From: Opitutales bacterium
GTDB taxonomy: Bacteria > Verrucomicrobiota > Verrucomicrobiia > Opitutales > UBA2987
Assembly: GCA_965226205.1 (NCBI GenBank)
Contig: CBDDCJ010000028.1
Span: forward strand, 491,384 to 555,383
Reading direction: 5' to 3'
Length of the DNA stretch: 64,000 nucleotides
Both the position numbers and the translations under genes were made by a program. Below, piece after piece: positions 1-9,624 of the stretch. A model generated the notes under the pieces. That model worked only from the letters and a program-made list of their open reading frames with translations. It did no database searches and was not told where the DNA came from. Every line of letters begins with the position of its first letter. Position 1 is the stretch's first letter.

Positions 1-948
1 AAAATTTTCACCTTGGTAAACGGTTTCGACAAAGTTATCCGGTTTCTGATGGTCCCGGAATCGATCCGGGCGGAAATCCCGCACCACCTCCGAATCGCTC
101 CAGGTGTTGATGGAGGCGTTTACCGAAAAACGCGGACCAATTTCTTGTCGGTGTTTGAGAGTGATGAAATAGCGGTTTTTATCGATGGGTTTGCCCAGCA
201 GGTCCTGGCCGCGCTGCCCGTTGTCCGGGATAAATCCGCTTTCGAATTGGAAAATCGCCTGGTTGTCCTGATCCTGTAACCTCCATTCCAAGGCCGGACC
301 GATGAGCAATCCCCGCGCCGTATAAGCATCGATATTGGCGCCCGCCCGCCAGTTTTCGGTGATCGGAAAGAGACTGCCGGTGCGGAAATAGGCACCCAGA
401 TTGTCCCGGTAGCCGAGCTTGGCGGTGAGCAATACCGCCAGGCTCTCGACGCTTTGCTGGTAGCGTGGAAGTTTGAATATGGGGAAATTACCGATGCGGA
501 AGGTGACATTTTCCGCCTCGATGCGATCCTTGGGATAGATGGTGGCTTGGGCCGCCCGGATGTTCAGCCCGAGGGGTGAAGGTTCGCCAAAATAGATCGT
601 GACCCCTTCGGCCGTGATTTTATCGATGGTTCCGCTGAAGCTGTCTCCTTCGGCAAAAAGGGGGGGTGAGCCCAGGCGGAAAGATTCCGAACGGGTTTTT
701 CGGCTTTTCAACTCATAAATCAGCCCGCGCCCGACCAGCCGGAAATTGCCATACTGCAGGCGCGCATTTCCCCTCGCCTCAGCCTTATTCTGCCCGGCGA
801 AGTAACGGATTTCGCCGGCCACAACGGTCAAACCCTGGTGAGTCGAAGTGGCATTGCCCCGGGCAATCGTGCTTTTGGAAGCGCTGTCGAATACGATTGC
901 CTGGTCGGAACTCAATTGAGGCGCTGGGTCCGGGGCTGCTGTGGCCAT
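1..948 (-). CDS. LptD/OstA-like LPS-assembly outer-membrane protein, N-terminal part (gene runs off the left edge)
   Basis: My own translation of the minus strand gives MATAAPDPAPQLSSDQAIVFDSASKSTIARGNATSTHQGLTVVAGEIRYFAGQNKAEARGNARLQYGNFRLVGRGLIYEL..., an OstA/LptA-like N-terminal fold pattern followed by beta-strand-rich sequence. The ORF is open to position 1, so it is absent from the ORF track. An alternative GTG start at 990 would add a signal-peptide-like leader. Confidence 0.5.
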   Translation of the reverse strand, partial: MATAAPDPAPQLSSDQAIVFDSASKSTIARGNATSTHQGLTVVAGEIRYFAGQNKAEARGNARLQYGNFRLVGRGLIYELKSRKTRSESFRLGSPPLFAEGDSFSGTIDKITAEGVTIYFGEPSPLGLNIRAAQATIYPKDRIEAENVTFRIGNFPIFKLPRYQQSVESLAVLLTAKLGYRDNLGAYFRTGSLFPITENWRAGANIDAYTARGLLIGPALEWRLQDQDNQAIFQFESGFIPDNGQRGQDLLGKPIDKNRYFITLKHRQEIGPRFSVNASINTWSDSEVVRDFRPDRFRDHQKPDNFVETVYQGENF

Positions 949-1054
949 TAAAAGATAGGCCAAAGTCGTTAAATTTAATCCCGAATACACGGATTTCGGA
1001 CTATGCGGCCCGGCATTTTAGGGCACAAGATAAAATTTGGGGGTATCTTCATAA

Positions 1055-2188
1055 TCATACTTCCAGGATTTTAACGACACTGAGAACATTCCGGCCGCTT
1101 CCACGGTGATAGGATATTTCGTCCACCAGATTTTTCACCACATGAATACCCAACCCGCCGATTTGCCGTTCCTCGATGGAAGTGGATGTATCCGGGGTTT
1201 CCGACAATAGCGGGTTAAACGGGACGCCATCGTCAATAACGGTCAACTGCAGACGATTTCCCTTCAATTCAGCCCTGAATTCAATATCGTGGCTCAACTC
1301 GTCTTTGAAGGCATAAGTCATGATGTTGCCCAGCAATTCGTCGATGACTACATTGATCGATCTTGCCAGGGATATTGAAATGGCATTTTGCTCCGCGAAT
1401 TGGCTGAAGCGCGATTTCAGGTTTTCCAACTCGGATAATTGGTTTTTCAGGTTAATATCGAAATGGGGCAAAACCGTCTCTGCCGCGCTTTCGAAATACT
1501 TCAGGCCAAGAACCGTAATATCGTCGGATTGAACCGCCAGGGCCTCGAATTGGTTTACCTCCGCAACGATCTTCGCCACCGTTTCCTCAACCGGGAGGGA
1601 GGGTTTTGCGGCCAGCGAATCGATCAAACTCTGTTCGGTATAAAGTTCATCGTTATGATCCATGGCCTCCGTCACGCCGTCCGTGTAGAGGAAGAGCAAG
1701 TCGTGGTTGCCGAGCCTTAATTTCGATTCGCCGTAGGTCATATCCTCGACCGCTCCAACCACCGGGCCATGGAGTTCGTCAATGCGTTCAACGGCGCCGT
1801 TGGCCCGCCTAAGGGCGGGAGGGTTGTGCCCCGCGTTGGTGTAGGTGACTTCGCCCGAATCCACCTCCAGGATGCCCACGAAGAGGGTAACGAACATGCA
1901 GGTTTTATTATCCTGGCTGAGCGCTTCATTGACATGTGTCAGAATGGTCGCGGTGGAGTGTTCATCGTGCGCCCAGGACTGAATGAGGGTTTTCGTCATG
2001 GCCATAAAGAGGGCGGCGGGAACGCCTTTGCCGGAAACATCGCCAATGCAGAAACAGATTTTGTTTTCATTGAGAAAGTAGAAATCGTAAAAATCTCCCC
2101 CCACTTCGTTGGCCGGCTGGAGCATGGCGTAAATGGAGAACTCATCGCGGTCCGGAAAGGCGGGAAACGTCAACGGGATCATGCTCAT
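1055..2188 (-). CDS. PP2C/SpoIIE-type serine phosphatase fused to an RsbW-like HATPase (anti-sigma kinase-like) domain
   Basis: PANEVGGDFYDF, GDVSGKGVPAALFM and DDITVLGL are phosphatase motifs. The C-terminal VIDDGVPFNP...IGGLGIHVVKNLVDEISY is an ATPase G-box. The ATG directly follows the TAG of the upstream sensor ORF. Confidence 0.8.
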   Translation of the reverse strand: MSMIPLTFPAFPDRDEFSIYAMLQPANEVGGDFYDFYFLNENKICFCIGDVSGKGVPAALFMAMTKTLIQSWAHDEHSTATILTHVNEALSQDNKTCMFVTLFVGILEVDSGEVTYTNAGHNPPALRRANGAVERIDELHGPVVGAVEDMTYGESKLRLGNHDLLFLYTDGVTEAMDHNDELYTEQSLIDSLAAKPSLPVEETVAKIVAEVNQFEALAVQSDDITVLGLKYFESAAETVLPHFDINLKNQLSELENLKSRFSQFAEQNAISISLARSINVVIDELLGNIMTYAFKDELSHDIEFRAELKGNRLQLTVIDDGVPFNPLLSETPDTSTSIEERQIGGLGIHVVKNLVDEISYHRGSGRNVLSVVKILEV

Positions 2189-4177
2189 CTAAATTTCCCT
2201 GCCGATGTTCAACTCTTCCTCCATGCGGTCCTTGCTCACCTTGATGATCCGGTAGGCAGCGTTCAGTTTGGCGTTGGCGTTGGCGATCCTGATTCGACCC
2301 CTGATAAACAAGCCCGTCAGCCCGAGGATCAGGATGATGGCCAGGCTGTTTCCGAATCTGGCCTGCCGTTTATATCCACGCATCAATTGATAGGCTTCCC
2401 GCGCCTCCATCTCGGTTGCCAGGCCAAATCCAAAACGCTCATTCCAGGCCCAGGCGCCGATCACCGGAACTCCCCGGTAGTTGTTGTAGCCTTTGAGATT
2501 GACGCCGCCTGTTCCGGTGATGGCGCGGTGGGCCATTTGCGTGAGAGGCCAAGCGCTTTTGTCTTGAGCGGGCAAAAACCCGTCCGCCAAACTGCCCCCC
2601 GGATCGCGGATTTCGATGTTGAGGATTTCCGATTCGTCTTTACCGAGAACGCCGGACTGCCGCAAAATTTCGTCGAAACGGCAATCGCTGAGAAGCTGTC
2701 CCGATTGGTTGAAGGCGTAACTTTCTCCCGTTTCGCCTATCCGGCCGCGCCGCAGGATCGAGGTCAGTTCCCGCTCAGGTGAGACCCTGAAAACGAGGAC
2801 GCCGATATTTTGGTCCTCGTCGTTTAGAATGGCTGCCCCGGCCAGAATTTCCCTGGAAAAGGGATTTTTAACGTCATTATTTTCGCTTCCGGGTTCATTG
2901 CGGGGAATCGATATGAAAGTGAAGTGGGGAGGCTTCATCACCTGAGTAAGAAAACTGTTCGGCAGGAAGCCGGAAATATCCCTGCCCATGAGCGAATCCT
3001 CTTCACTTGAGAGGACTTTGCCATCCGGGGTTAAAAGCAGGTAGCCTTCGTAGTCACCATTGGAAAGAACAGGGTTCAACAGGCCGGAGACCGGACTGAA
3101 ATTTTCCGCATGGCTTCTGGTTTGCAGCAAAATTTTCAAGGAGGGCGCGTCCGCCCAAATCCGCATCTCCGATTCCAGTTTCTGAAACCAATTCTCCAGA
3201 GTATTCATGGAACCACGCATGACGGCTTGCAGCGTATTCCCGGTTTCCCGCCGCATATTGTCCATGTGATGCGTTTTAGTCCACCAAGTGGTGCTCTGGA
3301 TGGCCAGGCAGGCGATGACGCCGGCCATGAGCAGAGGCCAGGCCGTCCATATTGCCGAGGGCAACGATTTTCCCCCGTCGAGGCCGCCTATTTCCTCTGC
3401 CCTGCCGGCCTCGGATGGCAGGAAAGATAATCTACGCTGGATAACGAGCATAGAGATTAAAATGAGCGCCACCGAAACGCTCATAATGGCCACGGCCACG
3501 GTGTTCAGTCTTTGGCCCCGTTGTTGCAGTCTGGAAACTTCCGCCGCCGTCCGTTTGTCGATATTAACGAGGAAATCCTCGATGGGCCCCATGATTTCAG
3601 CTTTGGCCGCCAGGTAATCACCGGAATGCATGAGTTTGCGAGCGAGGTCCTGGTCGCGCGCGCCTTTTATGGTGTAATGGCCGTCCGCATCCGCAAAAAG
3701 GCCGAGCATGGCGTTCATGGCCCGTTCCTCGAATTGGATCAGGGTGTCGGAACGCGCTTTCGATTGGCGCAGCAACTCGAAATCGTCTTTCGTGAAATGC
3801 ATGTCCCGCATGAGAGATTCCAAAGCCACGGGCGCCCCCGGCGGACGCGGATCTTTTCCCGATGCGGCCAAAAAATCCCAGTAGATTCTTTCGTAGTCCA
3901 CCGGGCGCGGTGCCTCGCCATTGCGGATGGCCTGGATTCTTTCAAAATAGTCTCTAAATCTGGAGTCGGCAGTATTGACGTAGAGCCGGGCCATTTGGGT
4001 TAAATCATCGGAACTTTGGCGCAACTCGTCGGCCAGTTTGTAGGAATCGTATCGCCGTATTTCAGCCGCGCCGATCTCCTCCTGGCTCTGCACCGTGAGC
4101 CTGACGACATAGAGGGCCGCTCCGACCATCGCCAAGAGGGCCAGGAAGATTAACGTAAGGCCTAATCTCAGGGGCAT
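2189..4177 (-). CDS. Membrane sensor with two extracytoplasmic regions and a HAMP-like linker; probably the N-terminal part of the phosphatase gene downstream
   Basis: There is an N-terminal TM helix, a second TM cluster near residues 225-300 and a third near residue 600. The product ends ...EEELNIGREI followed by TAG. In single-polypeptide homologues as I recall them this sequence continues directly into the PP2C domain. Confidence 0.6.
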   Translation of the reverse strand: MPLRLGLTLIFLALLAMVGAALYVVRLTVQSQEEIGAAEIRRYDSYKLADELRQSSDDLTQMARLYVNTADSRFRDYFERIQAIRNGEAPRPVDYERIYWDFLAASGKDPRPPGAPVALESLMRDMHFTKDDFELLRQSKARSDTLIQFEERAMNAMLGLFADADGHYTIKGARDQDLARKLMHSGDYLAAKAEIMGPIEDFLVNIDKRTAAEVSRLQQRGQRLNTVAVAIMSVSVALILISMLVIQRRLSFLPSEAGRAEEIGGLDGGKSLPSAIWTAWPLLMAGVIACLAIQSTTWWTKTHHMDNMRRETGNTLQAVMRGSMNTLENWFQKLESEMRIWADAPSLKILLQTRSHAENFSPVSGLLNPVLSNGDYEGYLLLTPDGKVLSSEEDSLMGRDISGFLPNSFLTQVMKPPHFTFISIPRNEPGSENNDVKNPFSREILAGAAILNDEDQNIGVLVFRVSPERELTSILRRGRIGETGESYAFNQSGQLLSDCRFDEILRQSGVLGKDESEILNIEIRDPGGSLADGFLPAQDKSAWPLTQMAHRAITGTGGVNLKGYNNYRGVPVIGAWAWNERFGFGLATEMEAREAYQLMRGYKRQARFGNSLAIILILGLTGLFIRGRIRIANANAKLNAAYRIIKVSKDRMEEELNIGREI

Positions 4178-4350
4178 ATATTCTCAGAAGACACCAAAAA
4201 TTTAATTGCCAAAATCGGTTTCATGGTTGCAATGGCATCTGTTTGCGATAAAGACCTATGTATTCAGGAAGGCGAGTCGAATCGAACAAAGATACTGGCC
4301 AGGCGTTATAATCAAGATCAAGAAATAAGAGAGAGACAGTCTCACGGTTT

Positions 4351-4683
4351 ATGAAAATTATCAGCGCCACAGTGGAATCCATTTCGGTTTTGCGATTCGA
4401 GGGGAACCTTGATATGAATACGGCCAAAGGAGCTCAGGAGAGTGCGGAAAAGGTAATTGATGGCGGGGCCGTAAAGATAATTATCAATATTGACAAAGTC
4501 AATTTCGTCAGCAGCGCCGGTTTGCGGGTCTTGCTCTATACGGCCAAAAGGATGAAACAGGCGGGCGGCGAAATGCGCGTCTGCGGGTTGAATGATTCCG
4601 TGCAGGAAATTTTCAAGATTACCGGCTTTGATAAAATCTTTACTGTTCTCCCAGGCGAAACCGAAGCGCTGGCCAGTTTTTGA
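4351..4683 (+). CDS. STAS-domain anti-sigma-factor antagonist (SpoIIAA/RsbV family)
   Basis: 110 aa. VNFVSSAGLRVLL with the phosphorylatable Ser context and ...GFDKIFTV at the C-terminus are typical of the family. It is divergent from the sensor-phosphatase gene. Confidence 0.85.
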   Translation: MKIISATVESISVLRFEGNLDMNTAKGAQESAEKVIDGGAVKIIINIDKVNFVSSAGLRVLLYTAKRMKQAGGEMRVCGLNDSVQEIFKITGFDKIFTVLPGETEALASF

Positions 4684-4717
4684 ATTGTCCCCTGCCGGCT
4701 TTTTTTGTCATTACCCG

Positions 4718-5662
4718 TCATTTCTGCCCGAGGTCCGATTGCTGCGATGGGATAATCAAGACCTCATCGCAATTAATGCCTTCCTTGATTTTCGTTTGCA
4801 ATGAATGGACTGTTTGCATGACCGTTCCGTGTTTAATACCGGGTGAAAATTCCAGGAAATTCTCCACATAGACCTTCCCCCCGGAACATCGTGAGCGGAT
4901 CTCCAGAATTTGCTCGAAATCATCGAAATGGAGGGCCAGTTGACGAAGAATGAGCAATTGGGCCCGCTCCTCGACCGCACAATCGAGCAAGTCGCGCACG
5001 GAATACTGAAACATTTTCGAGGCGCCCACAATGAGGCTGATGGCTATCAAAACAGCGGCTATGGGATCGGAGTAAACGGCCCAGGCATAGTCGCTTAAAA
5101 AATAGGAGACACTAAGCGAGCTGAAGAGCAATACATTGGCTCCGACCTTGATGGCGTAGAGACGGCGCTGCGCCGTCATCAAAGCGGTTTTCTCCAGCCT
5201 TTCGAGCTTCAGGCTGCCGATCAACAATCTACCATTAATGAATCCGAAGATGAGATGCGCAAATATGCCTACCACGACTCCGAGGCCGCTAACGGCTACC
5301 GGGTCCTGAAATCGCATAAAAGCCACCCCCGAAATACAGAAAAAGGAGACCACCATGAGGACCGCCATGGCCATGCTGGTCAAGCTCTCGAACCGGCCGA
5401 AACCGTAATTAAAAATCTCCGTCTTTCCCCTCTCGGTTATCTTTAAACCCCACCAGGCAATGAACACCGCCAGGAAATCAAGCATCGTGGCGGCCGCATC
5501 CGCCCACAGGGCGATTGAATTGGCTGTGATCGCTATGAAAAAGGCCGACAGGACCCCAATCGCCCCCGATACCACACCCGCGGCCGCCACCGAAGATCTT
5601 CCATGGGAAGCGTTTTTCTTCTTGTTGGAAACGGCTTGGTGTTCCTCCTGTTTCTCGGTCAT
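4718..5662 (-). CDS. Cation diffusion facilitator (CDF) family metal efflux transporter
   Basis: Six hydrophobic segments, ALWADAAATMLDF...NYGFGRFESLTS motifs and a C-terminal cytoplasmic domain. Confidence 0.8.
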   Translation of the reverse strand: MTEKQEEHQAVSNKKKNASHGRSSVAAAGVVSGAIGVLSAFFIAITANSIALWADAAATMLDFLAVFIAWWGLKITERGKTEIFNYGFGRFESLTSMAMAVLMVVSFFCISGVAFMRFQDPVAVSGLGVVVGIFAHLIFGFINGRLLIGSLKLERLEKTALMTAQRRLYAIKVGANVLLFSSLSVSYFLSDYAWAVYSDPIAAVLIAISLIVGASKMFQYSVRDLLDCAVEERAQLLILRQLALHFDDFEQILEIRSRCSGGKVYVENFLEFSPGIKHGTVMQTVHSLQTKIKEGINCDEVLIIPSQQSDLGQK

Positions 5663-5733
5663 TTTAAGAATTCACAGTCCAATCATTTCAAAACGGTTTA
5701 AGTAATTTATGATTTACAACCTGGCGGAAATCA

Positions 5734-5766
5734 CAAGCTGTAATGGGCAATGGGCATTACAGCTTG
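5734..5766. promoter_or_regulatory. Perfect 12-bp inverted repeat (CAAGCTGTAATG-N9-CATTACAGCTTG) in the divergent CDF/glgB intergenic region; possible operator
   Basis: Read directly from the sequence. It lies between two divergently transcribed genes, so it is not placed to act as a terminator. Confidence 0.3.
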
Positions 5767-5835
5767 GCAGAGGGCTGGTTTTCTGGTTTATAAATCCGCT
5801 TTTCCCGCTTTAACCATTTAGGAGCAAGCAGTTTC

Positions 5836-8073
5836 GTGATAATCGACCCGGCCGAACTAGAATCCCTCATTAAAGCTGAGCATGGGCACCCTCACGGCCT
5901 TCTCGGGATGCATCCTTGCGCTCACAAGGGGAAGAAAAAGCTGGTCGTGCGGGCCTTGATACGGGACGCCGCCAGTTGCGAAGTCATCGATGTTAAAAGC
6001 GCGCCGGAAAAACGCTATGCATTGCGGAAAATTTCTCCCGAGGGGTTTTTTGAGGGCCTCATCAACGATCGCGGCAAAGTTTTCCCCTATCGGTTGCGAA
6101 TCGAACAGTTCAACAACGAAATCCGGCAGTTTTACGATCCCTACAGTTTTCTGCCCAGCTTGAGCGAGGAGGACACCTACCTCTTCAATGAAGGCAATGA
6201 ACACCGGATTTACCAAAAACTGGGCGCTCATTTGCGGGAGATGGAAGGCGTCAACGGGGTATCCTTCGCCGTTTGGGCGCCCAATGCCAAGCGCGTATCG
6301 GTGGTGGGAAATTTCAATAATTGGGACGGCCGTTACCATCCCATGCGGCCACTGGGCATCAGCGGGATTTGGGAAATATTCATCCCCAGCCTGGTCGAGG
6401 GTCAAAAATATAAATTCGAGATATTGGGGCCCGACGGATACGTCCGTCTGAAAGTCGATCCCTTCGGAACCTTTTTCGAGGCCCCCCCGCACAACGCATC
6501 CATTATTCACGAAGTCCGCAACGACGGATGGAGCGATGCCGAGTGGTTGCAAGAGCGGGCCCGCGCCGATTGGTCAAAGAAGCCCATCAGTATTTACGAG
6601 ATGCACCCCGGTTCCTGGAAAAGGGTGGTGGAGGACGGCAACCGGCCTTTAAGTTATCGGGAACTGGCTGACGAACTGGTCGCTTATCTCAAGCAAATGG
6701 GCTTTACCCATGTCGAGTTTCTGCCGATCTCCGAGCACCCATTCGACGGTTCCTGGGGCTATCAGGTGACCGGGTTTTTCGCTCCCACCCACCGCTTCGG
6801 CAACCCCCAAGACTTCATTTTTCTGGTCAATACCCTTCATGAGAACGGCATCGGCGTGATTCTGGATTGGGTGCCGGGGCACTTCCCGGTGGACCAATTC
6901 GCTCTGGCCGAGTTCGACGGCACGCAGCTATTCGAACATGCCGACCCGCGCCAGGGTCTTCATCGCGAGTGGGGCACGCTGGTTTTCAACTATGGACGCC
7001 ATGAGGTGCGCGGTTTCCTCATCGCCAGCGCCCTGGCTTGGTTCGACCGCTACCACATCGACGGGTTGCGGGTCGATGCCGTCGCTTCCATGCTCTACCT
7101 CGATTACTCGCGGGAAGAAGGGGAATGGATACCGAATCAATACGGGGGCCGGGAGAATATCGAGGCCATCCGTTTTCTGCGTAAAACCAATGACCTGGCG
7201 CATCAGTATTATCCCGGTGTTCTCATGATTGCGGAGGAGTCCACGGCCTGGCCGGGAGTGACCCGCCCGGCCTCCGAGGAAGGGTTGGGGTTTGATTTGA
7301 AATGGAATATGGGCTGGATGAACGACACCTGCGAATATTTCTCGAAAGACCCGATTCACCGCAAATGGCACCAGCACAACCTGACTTTTGGCATGGTTTA
7401 CCAGTTCAGTGAAAATTTCGCGCAGGTTTTTTCGCATGACGAAGTGGTGCACGGAAAAGGGTCCATGATAATGAAAATGGGGGCTCCCACCATGACCGGG
7501 AAAGCCAATAATTTGCGGGCCCTTTACGCGTTGATGTGGGCCTGGCCGGGCAAAAAAACCCTCTTTATGGGAAGTGATTTCGGGCAGTCCGCGGAGTGGC
7601 GTTATGACAGCAGCCTGGACTGGCATTTGCTGCAATACAAGGACCACGAAGGCGTGCAATTAATCGTGCGCGACCTGAACGCCCTCTACCGTTCTTCACC
7701 GGTATTGCATGAAACCGATAACGAGCCCGGCGGCTTCGCCTGGATCTCTCATGACGACTCGGAAAGTTCCGTCATTTCATTCCTGCGTCTCAATGCCAAA
7801 CCGGAAGACACCCTGGCCGTGATCGGCCATTTTACTCCTCTGGAGCGCCCTTCTTACCGCATCGGAGTTCCCTGGCCGGGGTTTTGGAGAGAAGTCATCA
7901 ATTCCAACGCGAAAGCTTACGGCGGGAGCGGGGCGGGCAATCTGGGGGGCCTGCATACCGATGACATTCCGTTTCACGGCCAACCCTGTTCGCTGGAGCT
8001 GCTGCTGCCCGGCGACAGCGTTTTGATACTCAAGTTCGAGGGCGAAAAAAATCAACCGGGGAAAGACGCTTAA
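5836..8073 (+). CDS. glgB: 1,4-alpha-glucan branching enzyme
   Basis: 745 aa. GVSFAVWAPNAKRVSVVGNFNNWDG, HIDGLRVDAVASMLY and FSHDEVVHGKGS are canonical GH13 branching-enzyme motifs. Confidence 0.95.
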   Translation: MIIDPAELESLIKAEHGHPHGLLGMHPCAHKGKKKLVVRALIRDAASCEVIDVKSAPEKRYALRKISPEGFFEGLINDRGKVFPYRLRIEQFNNEIRQFYDPYSFLPSLSEEDTYLFNEGNEHRIYQKLGAHLREMEGVNGVSFAVWAPNAKRVSVVGNFNNWDGRYHPMRPLGISGIWEIFIPSLVEGQKYKFEILGPDGYVRLKVDPFGTFFEAPPHNASIIHEVRNDGWSDAEWLQERARADWSKKPISIYEMHPGSWKRVVEDGNRPLSYRELADELVAYLKQMGFTHVEFLPISEHPFDGSWGYQVTGFFAPTHRFGNPQDFIFLVNTLHENGIGVILDWVPGHFPVDQFALAEFDGTQLFEHADPRQGLHREWGTLVFNYGRHEVRGFLIASALAWFDRYHIDGLRVDAVASMLYLDYSREEGEWIPNQYGGRENIEAIRFLRKTNDLAHQYYPGVLMIAEESTAWPGVTRPASEEGLGFDLKWNMGWMNDTCEYFSKDPIHRKWHQHNLTFGMVYQFSENFAQVFSHDEVVHGKGSMIMKMGAPTMTGKANNLRALYALMWAWPGKKTLFMGSDFGQSAEWRYDSSLDWHLLQYKDHEGVQLIVRDLNALYRSSPVLHETDNEPGGFAWISHDDSESSVISFLRLNAKPEDTLAVIGHFTPLERPSYRIGVPWPGFWREVINSNAKAYGGSGAGNLGGLHTDDIPFHGQPCSLELLLPGDSVLILKFEGEKNQPGKDA

Positions 8074-8088
8074 GCGGTCCATAAATTC

Positions 8089-9624
8089 ATGACCCAGGAA
8101 ATTGGAAATGGTAAAAAATCCCTCCTCGTTTTTGTCGTGGCTTATAACGCCGAAAGCACTCTCCTGAGTACCTTGCGGCGCATTCCTGAAAGTCTGTACA
8201 AAAAATACCGTTGCCGCATTCTCATAATCGACGACTCTTCGGGCGATGAAACTTTTACCCTCGGCCTCGACTTCAAAAAACAAAATCCCGGCCTGGATAT
8301 GGAGGTGCTTTTCAACCCCGTAAACCAGGGCTATGGGGGCAATCAAAAACTGGGCTACAAATATGCCATCGACCACGGGTTTGACGCGGTGGCCCTGCTC
8401 CATGGCGACGGCCAGTACGCGCCGGAAATGCTGGAAGAGCTGGCCGGGCCGGTGCTCGAGGGGCAATGCGACGCTGTTTTCGGCAGCCGCATGTTGAAGC
8501 CGCGGCAGGCTTTGAAAGGCGGTATGCCCCTCTACAAATTTATTGGCAACCGCATTCTGACGACCCTCCAGAACAAGCTTTTGGGGGCCGGCCTGAGCGA
8601 GTTTCATTCCGGCTACCGCATCTATTCGGTCAAGGCTTTGGCGGGGATACCTTTTCAAAGCAATACCAATGATTTCCATTTCGATACCGAAATCATCATC
8701 CAGTTTTTGATGAAAAAATATGTCATCAAGGAATTGCCCATTCCCACTTATTACGGTGATGAAATATGCTACGTAAACGGTTTCAAATATGCCAGCGATG
8801 TCGTTTTAACGACCATTGTCAGCCGTATGCACGGCATGGGTATTCGCTACCGCAGAGTCTTTGACGTGCAAGGGCCGCAGGACGGCTACGATCTCAAACT
8901 AGGTTATACCTCTTCCCACACGGTGGTTCTCGAGGCGGCGCCAAACGGCTCCAGGATTTTGGATGTGGGCTGCGGGCAGGGATTGCTGGCGAGGGAATTG
9001 ATAAAAAAAGGATGCCATGTGCACGGGGTCGATCGGCACGAACTTGCGGACCCATCCAATGTCAATAAATTCACCCGGGGCGACCTCAATTCCGAAAATT
9101 TCACTCTTCCCGTCGAGGAGGAGGACTTTATTTTGCTGCTCGATCTAATCGAACACTTGTCCAGCCCGGAAAATTTTCTGGAACGGCTGCGCGCGGCCAT
9201 CCCCAACAAGGCCAAAACCTCTATTCTCATAACAGTTCCCAATGTGGCCTTTTTCATTATCCGTTTTCAACTCCTGTTCGGTCAATTTCAATACGGCAAA
9301 TCGGGCATTTTGGACCTCACCCACAGGCGGCTCTTTACGAAAAGTTCCCTCCGCATCCTGCTGCGGCAGAATGGTTATGAGATTGAGGAACTCAGAGGCA
9401 TTCCGGCCCCTTTTCCCAAAGCTTTGGGGGATCATTTATTGAGCCGGACCTTGCTCGCCCTGAACCGCTTCCTGATCAAGCTTAGCCTGGGGCTGTTTTC
9501 CTATCAAATATATGTCCGGGTGAAAGCCCTGCCCACGGTTGACGATTTGCTGGAGACGACCAGGAAAACCTCGCAGGAGCGAGCCTCAAGGCACTTTAAA
9601 AAGGAAAATGAAGCGGTTTCCTAA
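8089..9624 (+). CDS. Family-2 glycosyltransferase (DPM1-like) fused to a class I SAM-dependent methyltransferase
   Basis: The N-terminus has VVAYNAE...IIDDSSGDET...LHGDGQY, a GT2 DxD context. The C-terminal half has ILDVGCGQGLLAREL, a SAM-binding motif. Confidence 0.8.
   Translation: MTQEIGNGKKSLLVFVVAYNAESTLLSTLRRIPESLYKKYRCRILIIDDSSGDETFTLGLDFKKQNPGLDMEVLFNPVNQGYGGNQKLGYKYAIDHGFDAVALLHGDGQYAPEMLEELAGPVLEGQCDAVFGSRMLKPRQALKGGMPLYKFIGNRILTTLQNKLLGAGLSEFHSGYRIYSVKALAGIPFQSNTNDFHFDTEIIIQFLMKKYVIKELPIPTYYGDEICYVNGFKYASDVVLTTIVSRMHGMGIRYRRVFDVQGPQDGYDLKLGYTSSHTVVLEAAPNGSRILDVGCGQGLLARELIKKGCHVHGVDRHELADPSNVNKFTRGDLNSENFTLPVEEEDFILLLDLIEHLSSPENFLERLRAAIPNKAKTSILITVPNVAFFIIRFQLLFGQFQYGKSGILDLTHRRLFTKSSLRILLRQNGYEIEELRGIPAPFPKALGDHLLSRTLLALNRFLIKLSLGLFSYQIYVRVKALPTVDDLLETTRKTSQERASRHFKKENEAVS

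Noticed and set aside
666-1109. 147-aa plus-strand ORF at the start of the window
   Set aside because: It lies antisense to the LptD-like frame and the phosphatase gene's 3' end, and its composition is Arg/Pro/Ser-rich nonsense.
1769-2782. Long antisense ORFs. Examples are 1769..2782, 17422..18351, 14816..15532, 31014..32330, 47441..48412, 55059..56045, 5857..6552 and 36913..37506.
   Set aside because: Each lies opposite a gene with strong family motifs. Their translations are Arg/Gly/Pro-rich with no motifs. These are typical shadow ORFs of moderately GC-rich coding DNA.
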